A DNA stretch of 64,000 nucleotides from Eledone cirrhosa (lineage: Eukaryota): assembly GCA_964016885.1 (NCBI GenBank), contig OZ024740.1:248434001-248498000 (forward strand), given 5' to 3'. Below the pieces are notes generated by a model, which worked only from the letters and a program-made list of their open reading frames with translations, ran no database searches and was not told the origin of the DNA. Shown piece by piece: positions 52,363-64,000 of this stretch. Every line of letters starts with the position of its first letter. Position 1 is the stretch's first letter. The position numbers and the translations under genes were made by a program.

Positions 52363-55300
52363 GCTTTCTTTATTAACCACAAGGGTTTACACAAAGTAAG
52401 GCATTTTACCGTCCTGTATTGTCCTGTATTGTCCTTAAGACAATACAGGACAATACAGGACGGTAAAATGGGCATTTTCGCAACACTCCGCCTCAGTGGC
52501 CGAGAGCCGCGGCAGTCCGTCGGGGTAGGCACTAAAGTCCATCCCGCAATTCGATCCGCCGCTGCCCCCGAACATCTGAACGAAGTGTCGCTGAAAAGCT
52601 TCACACGTTTACCCGGGATCGAGTAGCATGCGCCCGTATTGGTCCACCAAAGACCGAATCGTGGCTTTGTTGCCACGACGCGCCTCCGCCACTCGGGCCC
52701 ATTGAACGGCTTTCGTCCTCTCGTGTCTGAGAGCACGCACCCTAGCTCTGACAACGCAGCCTTCGTGCTTTGCATTGAAGAATTGGTCAAGGGCCAATTT
52801 CGCCGCAAGTACGTCGGTCGCGATGCCTTTGCTAAGCGCCTCGTCTAATTTTCTAACTAATTCTCCCTCTGCTCTATTTTTCTCTATTGCTAAAGTCTTA
52901 CTAAACCTAATGGACTCTATTCTAATTGCTCTTTTCAGAGCAAACCACCACTTGTTGTTGACGATGGCCCCCGTCAACGCCCGCTAGTTCGCTAATCCAG
53001 TCTCTGTAGGTCTTGCGCGCTGGTAAGGATGCGTTTAGCTTCCAGTAGCCGGGTCCTCGTCTATGAAGCCTATCTAAGTCAAGCATACAGATCACGAATT
53101 TGTGTCCGTGTAATCGACTATTTTGAAATGTTGACAGCCTATGCTAGACCTATCTATTTCCCTACAAAATACCCTATCTAGATATGATCTGGATGACCCG
53201 ATGCGGTTTGTACATGTCCACATTGGCATATTCGGGAAATCCAGACGGTACCTGTCAGACAGTTCAAAACGCCTGAGCAGGTTGGTGAGACTCTTGCACC
53301 CTCCTCCCCTATCCGCTAATCCCACACAGTCGCAGCGTGCATCTAAGATCCCGTTCTAGTCGCCCACTAACACTAAAGAGCGGGACGTTCCAAGAAAGGT
53401 CTCCAGACGCCGGAAGAAATCAGGCCCCCCTGCTTCTGTCAGGGCGTATATGGCCACTAGCCTGAAAGCTTGGCCGTCTCCACTGGTCACGTCCAGCACC
53501 ACCAACTTACCTTCTGGGTCCAGGAAGATGGCCTGTATGGCGAGATCCAAGCCTCTCTGAAAACGCACAGCAATCCTCCCCGATCCAGGATGGCTGGGAG
53601 ATGCGTACACATCGTAGCCACCGAAGATCGGTGCGAAGGCTCGTCCTTCGGAGATTCTGGTCTCGCTGATGGCCATCACTTCCATGTTTAGTGACCTAAG
53701 GTCGTTGAGCAGGTGGTCCTGTTTCCATGACGACCCCAGGACACGCGCATTTATGCTGCCTATTCTGAGTGAGGTCATGTTGAAAAGGAGTGGAGAAAGA
53801 TGGGAAAGACCACTTACCTCACTTCTCATAGAGGAAGGATGGTTTTTCCGTCCTTCTCACAGTTTGTGGCCTCCCCCGGATGGATGTCCTTATAAATCCT
53901 CCTGGAAAGTGTTTGTCGTGTACGTTTTCTGTGTGATGCGAGTGATTTGTATGTGTGGAGGTGGTGTGAATTTTAGGGGTGTTGTCTAATCTGTCTCTGT
54001 GATGCTGGTTTTGTGTTGGATGTAGTGAAATAATTGGTTGTTATTCAAATTTAATGCTGTGTAGTTTTGGTTGCTTTGTTTTGTTTGCGTTTGTTGTGGG
54101 TTTCTTTCTGTTTCGCTTGTAGGTGGTTTTTGTGGTGTTGGTGATGGTGGTGTTGGGGTTCATGATGGTAATAGTGCTGGTGTTTGTGGTGTTTATGGTG
54201 ATGGGGCTGGTGATGCTGGTGGCATAGCTGTCTTAACTTTATTGTTTGTTTGCTACACCCTGCATTTTGTTTTTGCAGAGCGAAGGTAGAGGATTTTTTT
54301 CTTTTTGGGGTTCTTTTTTTTTCTTTTTTCCTGATACAGTTTCCCACTCCTCCTCGTCGTCACAATCTGTCTCCAGTTGCGATAGGCCGGGGAGCGGAAA
54401 ATCCTCCACAGGCGTTGGTTTGGTTGTGGCGTAGTGGATGGTGCAGGCGCTAGTGCTAATTCTGGCGTGGTGGGTGGTGGTGGTGTTGGTTTTGCTACTG
54501 TTGCTACTACAAGTTGCTGGGGTTGTTGCTGCTACCGTTGATTCTGTTGTTGCTGTTACAGTTGTTGCTGCTACAGTTGTTGCTGCCATTTCTGCTGCTG
54601 GTTTTGATGGTTGAGTCACTGGGGTGGGTAGGCCTTAACCTTTTAGCCTGAGGGCAGAAAGCCTTTATGTGGGTTCCATCGCCACAAACGACACACCTTG
54701 ACCTTCTACCCTCAACGTTTACGGTGAGGTGGCTGCCGTCATTGAAGTCTATCACATCTGGAATTTCCTCAATGTTTTTTTGGTCCACTTGGATCAGAAG
54801 CTCCATCCCAGACCCGGACCAGTTCTCCTGCTTTACTTTTGTTACCTCAATTATTTTAGTGTTGGCCTCGATGTCGGCCATATTTCTCCCCACGTCTGAC
54901 GCGGGTTTTTTTCGCCCACACATGTCCCAAAGCTTTTTGGATCTGGGACTTGGATGCCCGTTCCACTCGGCGTGATTTTGTGTTTATCGTCCGATATGAC
55001 ACGGTGCATAGGCACCGATGTTCCATTTTATTAGATGGGGGAGGGGGGAGGCTGACCCTGTACCCATCTTTTATTACCACTTGCTTGGCTTTATTCAATT
55101 CATCCTGGCTTACCTCGATTGTTTCACTTTTCTTAGCTGCTTTAGAAATGACGCATTTTGTTTTGCGCTGGTGTTGATGTTGTTGTTGTTATTCTCACTG
55201 TTTTTGTAGTTGCTGTTGTTGTTATTGTTATTTTTGTTTTTTTTATTTTTAGTTTCAGTTGTGGAGGTGGTGGTGCTGGTGCAGCGGCGAATGTTTGATT

Positions 55301-55823
55301 CTGGGTGAATCCATTTCGATGTCACGAGATAATAATTTATTTTTGTTTCTGTTGTCGCTGTGGTGGTGGTGGTGGTTGCATCAGTGGTGTTGGTTGTTCT
55401 TTTTGACATTGTGGTGGTGGGATGGCGGCTTTAACACGTGTGGTTGTTGGTAATGGCGGGAAATCCATGTCTGTATGCGGCAAATTTAAATAAATGAGAC
55501 TGCTATTAATTATATTTTCAGTTTTGGCAACTGTGCAAGGTTTACAATGGTGGTGGTGGTGGGGGATGTTAGGCTGTCAGCTTTGGGTAGCAGGAGATTT
55601 GTCGTCCATGTTTTTTTTCCAAAGAAATATTTTGTTTGATAAATAAAAGTTTTAATTTTGGGCTCAAGGCCCCTATATTATTTAGTGTCCTTTTCAGAAA
55701 GCAATATATGTGAACTTATAAACACTTAACAAGAAAACTTTTCCATAACTGGCAATTTGAAACAACTGAAAACAACAAACCTTTCTGGAGCTCACGATAA
55801 TACGATTTCCTACGTAGGTCATC
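52363..55823 (-). mobile_element. Tx1/L1-type LINE with RT deleted, head-to-tail with the 47302-52344 copy
   Basis: Same subfamily 5' end (GACCTACGTAG.AAATCGTAT), ORF1 pieces and APE. The linker joins directly to the 3' UTR at about 52475. Confidence 0.92.

Positions 55824-55903
<80 letters not shown>
55824..55903. repeat. (AAT)n microsatellite
   Basis: Read directly from sequence. Confidence 0.98.
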
Positions 55904-55905
<2 letters not shown>

Positions 55906-55907
55906 TA

Positions 55908-57157
55908 ACCATGCACAGAATGCATCACCCTAAGGCAGATATAGATAGAATATATCTCCCTAGGAAAGAAGGAGGACGTGGGTTAATCCAGTTAGACATT
56001 GCGTTGAAAACTGCAACAATTGGATTATCTACATATCTAAGGGAATCACATGATTGGATGATCAAACTCGTTTTGAAACACGAAATCATCAAAAGATCAT
56101 ATTCCATTACAAAAGATGCACAAAGATACAGTAATGGACTACAAATTTCAGAAGTCCCATTTACTGCTGAAATGGAAAACACAGAAAAAGCAAAGCAGGT
56201 AAAAGTAACTGCAAAGAAAGAACTGCTACAGAAACTGGCTAAGAAATGGCAAGAAAAGCCTCTGTATGGAAAATACCCAGAGCGAGCTAACAATCCTTAT
56301 GTTGACAAAACTTTAACCCATCAGTGGTTGGCATCCTCTGGACTGAAATCGGAGACTGAAGGACTGATTATATCAGCACAAGATCAGTGTCTGCCAACAA
56401 AAAATTACCAAGCCAACATAATAAAAAATGGATGCAGCCCATTATGCCGTGTATGCAAAACACAACCAGAGACCATTGACCATATAATTTCAATGTGAAG
56501 TCCTATAGCTCCAACCGAATACCTAAACAGGCATGACAGAGCTGCACAATACATACATTGGATAATGTGTAAGCATTTTGACCTGCCCCATCAAAAGAAT
56601 TGGTGGGAGCGTCAACCACCTCCCATACTTGAAAAAGATCACATCTCAATCTTGTGGAACTTTAGCATCCAAACAGACCGAAAAATAGATGCAAATAGAC
56701 CTGATATAATATTGAAGGACTTTAAAAACAGGGTATGCCTGCTAATTGATATGTCTGTTCCAATAGACAAGAATGTATCTATAAAAACATTTGAAAAATT
56801 GAGCAAGTATAAGGACCTGGAGATAGAAATTGGAAAAATGTGGAAATTGAGAACTAAAACAATACCAGTGGTTGTAGGCGCTCTGGGAATGATACCTAAG
56901 GGGTCTAATGATTACTTATCGCAGATCCCAGGAAACCCGCGTATAGGAGAAATACAAAAGATAGTACTAATGGGAACTGCCCATATACTAAGGAAGATTC
57001 TGTCAATATAAGTACATCACAAGTCTAAAGACTAAAGATGCATGTGTTAGTATGTATGTTCTTCCTTGAACATGGCGGACCTTGTTGTCTCTTGAGGTCA
57101 CTGGTTGTGACTTGGTGATAACTCGTATGAACATAAAGCAAGATAAATGCAACTGTA
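55908..57157 (+). mobile_element. R4/Dong-clade LINE, 5'-truncated (post-RT region, CCHC, RLE, 3' UTR)
   Basis: HPKADIDRIYLPRKEGGRGL, AQDQ, CRVC..ETIDHI, ANRPDII..CLLID..EKLSKYKDL, IPVVVGALG. One in-frame stop at 56496-56498. (TAA)n tail. Confidence 0.92.
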
Positions 57158-57180
57158 ATAATAATAATAATAATAATAAT

Positions 57181-57535
57181 CCATGCCTGATTGTAGATGT
57201 AGCCTGCCCATTTGACACGAGAGTGCAAGAAAAGGAGAGGGAGAAACTTAACCGATACCAGGACTTAAAGTGGGAGTTAAAAAGGATTTGGAACTGCCAT
57301 GAAATCAAGGTCGTCCCGATTGTCATAGGCGCACTAGGTACTATCTCAAAGAGTTTCCAAGGATGGTTAAAGAAGATTAGTCCAGCCCCGCTTTTTGGAA
57401 CACTTCAAAAGACATGCTTGCTGGGAACACCAAGAGCCCTCCGATACGTCCTGAATATCTGAGGCTGCAGGTAGCGGCTTGATATTTATTCAAACAAACT
57501 TTCCAGTTAAATGACATCAATGACTGAGACTCAAA
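57181..57535 (+). mobile_element. R4-like LINE (second family) 3' fragment
   Basis: CLIVDVACPFD..EKLNRYQDLKWE..VVPIVIGALG, followed by (AAT)n. Confidence 0.88.
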
Positions 57536-57557
57536 GAACAATAATAATAATAATAAT

Positions 57558-60500
57558 GGTTTCTTTATTGGCCACAAGGGCTAACACGAAGAGAAACATT
57601 AGAGACGACACAGAATAGTACAGGACGATACAAAGTGGGTTTTGGTCGTGTAAACAGGTTATAACAAAATTGGGCTAGAAATAAAAAATATTCAAACAAC
57701 AAAAATTCCCCCAAAAGGGGGAAACCTCCGAGGGTCACTCGTGGCGAAAACCACACGAAAAGGCCACGGCCACCCTGACCACCAGGGCAAGTGCCCTCGC
57801 AATTTTCCCACTCCTCAGTCTACAAGCGCATACTCAGAGCGGGCCCGTTCACTCGGATCAGGACCATACTCGCCACTTTCACCCACCTTTCAACAAACTT
57901 ACTAGAAGACAGCACTTGCCTCTCCACCCTGATTTTCCTCTTCAAGTGAAATTTGAAAAAGTTAATCAGGGATTGGCCGAAGAGTAAAGTGTCCGTCTTC
58001 AACCCTTTCAGCCTTGTCCACCACACAATCTCTTCCGCCATGGCCTTCAGGCAGAGGAAAACTGCCTGCCCTTCCTCCTCATTAAAGGAGGATGGCGGGG
58101 TTATCTGCACAATGGACTCAGTCGATAACCGGATCCGCCCTACACGCGACAGCAGCTGTTCGACATAGCTCCACAAGTCAGCAATCCTCGGGCACTGAAC
58201 GAGTGCGTGCAGGACGGTTTCGTCGCCCTGCGCGCATCTCGGACAGGCTCGGTTGACAGCACCTCTGTGCCTGTAGAGCTTATCCCGAACCGGCAACGCT
58301 CCCCGGTAGCATTGCCAGGTCAGGGATTTCTGGAAGTTGTCCATAGGCCCCGGGCTGAAAGTTCTCTTGAAGAGAGCGAACAGCTGATCGTTTTCGACGT
58401 CCAGGGAAACCCCGAGAACGTCGTCGCCTTTCCCTCCACCGGCCCTCTATAGAACGCCGAGGTGGATGTTACACCGATACTAGTGCCCAGCTGGTAGAGG
58501 GCGGTGAGCGCTTGGAGACATTCCAGCTTCCAAGCGCTATCCCTCGGTCTTTTCCTGATCCAGGACTGCAGCTCCGTCAAGGAGATGAGCTGGGGAAAAG
58601 CGTGTCTGGCAAACGGCGACCACACCTGTTCACCGTCAAGGAAGCACCAGAGATGTCGCAGCCTCAGCGCGTGTTTGCGTATCATCAGCCACGGCATGCC
58701 AAGTCATCCACGCAACGGGTGTTGACAGAAAATGGATCGTCTGACCATGGGAGCATGTCCTTTCCATAAAAAGCGGCAGAGAAGACGCTCCATTTTGGTC
58801 AGAGATGGACGGGGGCAAGGTACGACGGTCAGGCGGTAGCAGATGACGGACGCTATGTACGCATTCGCCACCTCCGCCCGACCTCTCAGAGACAGCCTCC
58901 TCTGAGCCCAATTCTGGGTGAGAGAGGCCTCCCTGATCGTCACCTCGCTCCAGATTTTCTCCATATGGAGGTCCGAACCGAACCAGACCCCGAGCAATTT
59001 AACCGGTCCTTCCCTCCAGCACCCCACGACGCTGTCGGACGGCATGGACTAGCCTCTCCAGGTGCCGAATTGCAAGCCCTACGACGTTTCCTGGTTTATC
59101 TTTGCTCCTGTCACCGCTTCGTATTCTTTAAGAGCGGTGCCCAGCGACGTGTTTGGTGCTCGATACCACCACGGTGACGTCGACGGTGTAAGCTGACACG
59201 GATCTCCCGCATCCCAGTTCGCGTGGGACACCCCTCATCGTCTCCAATTTGTGTAGTAACGGCTCGAGGGCCAGTAGGTATAAGAGGGACGAGAGGCTGC
59301 AACAGGTGAACATTCACCCTCACAATAAAGCAGATGTCGCTGTGCATCGCAGCGATCCAGCCCCTAAATACGGGCCCGAAACCGGCCGTCTCGATGACCG
59401 CAGCCAGGTACCGATGGCCGACCATATCAAATTCTTTAGATTGATGCAAGTTGATCAGGGCCCCACCTGTGCCAGGTTACTTAACCACCCTCTCTATGTA
59501 TCGCATGAGATGGAGGTTGTCGTGGATGGATCTGTTCGGGATGGCGCATGCCTGCGCCTCTCCCACCAGTTCACCGACGGCAAGCGCCAATCTCTTTGCC
59601 AACACCTTGGCCAATATCTTAAACTCTGCGTTGAGCAGAGTTATGGGCCTGAAGTTGTCTATAACGTCCCCCTTGTTTGGTCTTTTCTCACCAGCGCCAC
59701 CGCTCCCCGGCTCACAAAACTGGGAATGCTCCCGTTCTGCTGCCAGTTGCAGTAGACATCTTCCAAGAGGTCGCCGTACAAGTCTGGCATATACGCATAA
59801 AGCTCGTAGAGCAGACAAACCAAACCTGGCGATTTACCCCTCGTGCAGTCAGACATCGCTTCCCGTATTTCATCTGCTGTTATCGGCTTTTCAACAGCAC
59901 TGCGCTGCGGTCGTCGAGAGCTGCGGCAGTCCGTCGAGATATGAACCGAAATCCATACTCCGATCTGGCCCGCCGCCGCTCCCGAACAATTGAGCAAAGT
60001 GCTGTTGAAAATCCGCACACATCTGTTCGGGTTCGAGCGACATGCGCCCGTTTTGATCAGGCAAAGACCGAATTGTTGACTTGTTGCCACGTCGTGCCTC
60101 CACCACCCGGGCCCATTGAACGGCTTTCGTTCCCTCGTTTCTTAGAGCACGTGCTCTAACTCTGACAACGCAGCCTTCATGCTTTGCGTCGAAGAATTGG
60201 TCGAGTGCCAATCTCGCCGCAAGCATGTCGGTTACGATGCCTGTCCTAAACGCCTCTTCTATCTTTCTAACTAACCCTCCCTCTACTCTATTTTCCTCTA
60301 TCACTACTCCTTTGCTAAACCTTATCGATTCTACTCTAATAGCCCTTTTCAGGGTAAACCACCACCTGTTGTTGACGATCGCACCCGTCAACGCACGCTT
60401 AACTAATTCGTTAATCGGGTCTCTGTAAGCTTTGCGGACCGGGAACGACGCGTTCAGCTTCCGGGAGCCGGGCCCTTGCCTATGGAGTCTATCTAAGTCA

Positions 60501-63407
60501 ACTTCACAGATCACAAATTTGGGGTCCGTGTAGTCGACTACTTTAAATTGTGGACAACCTACACTAGCCTTATCTGTTTCCTTACAGAATACCATATCTA
60601 AATACGATCTGGATGATCCGATGCGGTTTGCCCATGTCCACATTGGCACATTCGGATAATCCAGTCTATACCTGTGAGACAGTTCAAAACGTCTGAACAG
60701 GTTTTTGAGCCTTTTACGCCCTCCTGCTCTGTCTACTAGCCCCACATAATCCCAGCGTGCATCTAAGATACCGTTCCAGTCGCCCACTAACACTAAAGAG
60801 CGGGACCTTCAAAGAGAGGTCTCTAGACGTCTGAAGAAATCTGGCCGTCATGCCCCTGTTGGGGCGTAGACGGCTGTTAGCCTGAAAGCATTGCCTTCGC
60901 TGCCAGTCACTTCGAGCACCACCGACTTATCTTCTGGGTCTAGGAAGATGGCCCGTATGGCGAGATCCAAGCCTCTCCGAAAAAGCACGGCAACTCCTCC
61001 CCCCGATCCTGGACGGCTGGGAGATCGTAGCCTCGGAGGATCGGTGCGAAGGCTCGTACTTCGGAGACTCTGGTCTCGCTGATGGCCACCACATCTATAT
61101 TTAGTGGCCTGAGGTCGTTCATCACGTGACCCTGCTTCCAAGATGACCCCAGACCACGTACATTTATACTGCCCCTTCTAAGTACTGCATTGTTGGATGA
61201 GAAGCGGGGTAAGTGAGAAAGGATCACTTACTTTGATCGTGTGGTGAAGGGACAGTAGAACCGTCCCTTTGGCTGGTCATGGGTGTTTCCAAGTGGATGT
61301 CGGTGTATATTCTCTTTGTAACCGACCCTCTGAAGTCTCCAACTGCGTGGGGAATTTTTCTTGTTTAAAAAGTTTGTAATGTCCTATTTTGATTTCAATG
61401 ATGTTGATGTTTGTCGGGAGAGTTCTTGGTGTTGGTGGGGTGTAGTAGTTTTTTCTATGATGTCTGTGTGCTGCTTTATATGTTATAAGAGTTCTTTATT
61501 TGCCATGTGTATGGTTGTGTACATTTTGTGGGGAGGGGGATTTTGTTGCTGTTTTCTTGTTACTGCTGTTGGGTGTGTGTGTTTTGTTATGTTTTCGATG
61601 TTGGTGTTTTTGGTTATGCTGGTGGTGGTGTGGTTGTTGTTGGTGGTGATTCTTGTGGTGGTGATGGTGGTGGTGGTGTTGCTGCAAGGCTCCTTGCAGC
61701 CTTTACTCCTCTTTGTCTGCCTTCGATTTTGGAGGGTGAAGCTAAGGGGTTTTTCCTTTTTTGTTTTTTGTAGCAGACCGTTTGCCACGTCACTCCCGCC
61801 TCAAACTCCATGTCGGATTCCGTGGCGTCTGGGAGCGGTATGAGCTCCACTGCTGTTGGTGGTAGTAGTGGAGCCCTCTTCGGCGATTTTACCGCCGGTG
61901 TAGCTACTGCGACTCTTGGTGTTGCCGCCACTGCTGCCGCTGCTTTAGTTGTCCGTGGTCTTGGTATGGGTACCACGGACGTTGCCCTCCTACTCACCAT
62001 GGAAGGGTCTTCTACCTCTGCTGCCTGCCCTTGGTAGCAGCGGATCAGGCGTCGGAATGAGGGGGAGGGGGCCCTCTTCTTGGCTGTCTTCTGCGGGCAG
62101 AAGGCCCTGAGGTGACCCTTCTGCCCACAGAGATAGCACTTTGGGCGCCTTCCTTCCACGCTTATAGGGAATTGGAGCTCTTCTTCGAGGTCTATGAGGT
62201 CTGGGATGGCCTCGATGCACTCCTGGTCAGTCTGTATTAGCATTTGCATGCCTCTTCCTGACCAGTTCTCTCTTCCCATTCTCTGTATTTGCAGTATGGT
62301 GGTCTTCTCCTCGATTGCAGCCAGTACAGACGCGGCCAGCTAAGTTATGAGCACGTCGGGCGGCATCTGGGTCACTTTGACCCTCACAATTTTCTGCCCG
62401 CAGTAGGAGGGCACCAAGACTATCTCCTCACTCTTTAGGGTTTTCAAAGAGTGAGACTTCGCTTCTTGTGGGGTGGCGAAAAGTAAGTCTAGTGTTGCGT
62501 ACTTTTTGCCTCGGGTGATGTGGGTTTTGCGCGCCTAGACTCACCCCAAAGCCTTTTCGATTTTAGCCTCCGTGGCTCTCTCCACCCGATGTCACATTTT
62601 GCTTACGTTGCCGTCACCGTCCATAGCTGCTGGTCTTTGAAGAAATCGAGTGGAGGTTTCAGGGAAACTCTATTGTCGTTTCTAGACACCATGGCTCTTG
62701 CGACTGCCATTTCCTCCTCCGTGACTAGCACTGTCTCTATATATTCGGGCCACACCTGCGAAAGAAGTGGCCTCTTTTTCAGCGGCACCATTATTGCTGC
62801 TGCTACTGGTCTTGTTGTTGGTGCTGTTACTGTTGCTACTGCTACAAACGGTGTTGTTGGTGTTGTTGCTGTTATCACTGTTGTAGTTGGTTGTGTTTTT
62901 GGTGCCACCGTTGTTGGTGTTTTTGGTGCAATTTGTATTGTTGCTGTTTGTGTTGTCGTTGTTTATTTTCTTGTTAGTATCGTTGTTGCATTTGTTGTCA
63001 TTTTTTTCTGTTGTCAGTATTCTGGTTGACGCTGTTATTGTTGTAGCTGGGGTGGTAATTTTTTCAAAATTAGTGTTCTCTGTGTTGTCTTTGCTCACGT
63101 TTTTTGTGGTGCTGTTTGTTGTATGAATTTCACTAACCCGCCTCCCAATTTTTACGCCGTTATCACACGACAGCTGACACATTGCTGGGGGGCGTGGCTC
63201 AGCCATGTTTTTTTTTTCTTAAGTAAAATGTTCAAATATTAATTAAATATTTGGGCCAAAAGGCCCAAATATTATACTTTCCCCTTCACAGGGCAAAATG
63301 CAAGGGCTTATATCCCTTACACAACAATAAAAATTAAACAACAAATAATTATAACAGGTAAATAAAGCGACTTACTGGGAGCGGGAAAAAAAGCGTCCGA
63401 ACATACC
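57558..63407 (-). mobile_element. Full-length Tx1/L1-type LINE, degenerate
   Basis: ORF1 pieces (MAEPRPP, CYLCGQKGHLRAFC), APE, RT and C-terminal CPRC..ETVLHALVQCP. 5' UTR homologous to 35239-35460. (AAT)n on both sides. Confidence 0.93.
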
Positions 63408-63440
<33 letters not shown>

Positions 63441-64000
63441 TTTCTGGAACACTTCAAAAGGCATCCTTGCTGGGAACTACAAGAACCCTCCGATATATCC
63501 TGCTGAGAAATCATGCCATAGGCATGATTCCTCACTTTTGGATTATAGAACTTATTTGGTATTGCATCAAATGTAGAGCGATTCTTAAACAAAATTATGA
63601 AAGAGTGGAAGACTGAACTGACAGCATATGGAAGAGATTTAAGAACAATAGAAATCAAGAGAGGTTTATTCCAAGGTGACGGATTTTCGCCGCTGATGCT
63701 TGTACTGTGCACGATACCACTGACAATAATTTTGGGAAAAGCTAAGCCTGCATATGAATTCAAAAGTCGCCAGCAAAAGATCAATCACTTATTATTCATG
63801 GACGACCTCAATCTTTATGGTAAGAATGAATCTCAGCTTGGTTCCCTCGTTAATACGGTATATACATTTAGTGCAGACATCAGAATGGTGTTCGGATTAA
63901 AATAGTGTGGTGTATTCATCTTGAACAGAGGCAAAATTAAAAGCATTGAGAGGTTGGTGCTGCTATCTGAAGCAAATAGAAGAGGAAGGTTATAAGTACT
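63441..64000 (+). mobile_element. R4-like LINE fragments (short 3' piece fused to an RT fragment running off the window)
   Basis: IKRGLFQGDGFSPL and INHLLFMDDLNLY. 63445-63502 matches 57395-57455. Confidence 0.85.

Overview
AT-rich, microsatellite-dense animal genomic DNA. The tRNA-headed SINE families and repeat landscape suggest a cephalopod, probably Octopus (inference, not database-checked). One intact spliced host gene was assembled by hand on the minus strand: a 4-exon calmodulin-like EF-hand protein (exons 25045-25252, 14186-14326, 5923-6174, 5396-5427; 210 aa from the upstream ATG) with mostly degenerate Ca-binding loops. Most of the rest is decayed transposable element sequence: several Tx1/L1-type LINEs, R4/Dong-type RLE LINEs, an RTE LINE, CR1-like, CRE-like and Penelope-like fragments, a Chapaev-like DNA transposon, a Helitron remnant, MITEs and about 12 SINE copies. 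The most notable signals not shown by the ORF track are: (i) minimal type I hammerhead ribozyme motifs, three of them inside intron 1 of the gene, including a near-perfect 385-bp foldback with a hammerhead in each arm; (ii) a cluster of unrelated retroelements that sit in each other's (AAT)n tails; (iii) a splice-donor-like GTAAGT at the ORF1 stop of divergent Tx1 copies. TE boundaries are approximate and family names come from motif recognition only.
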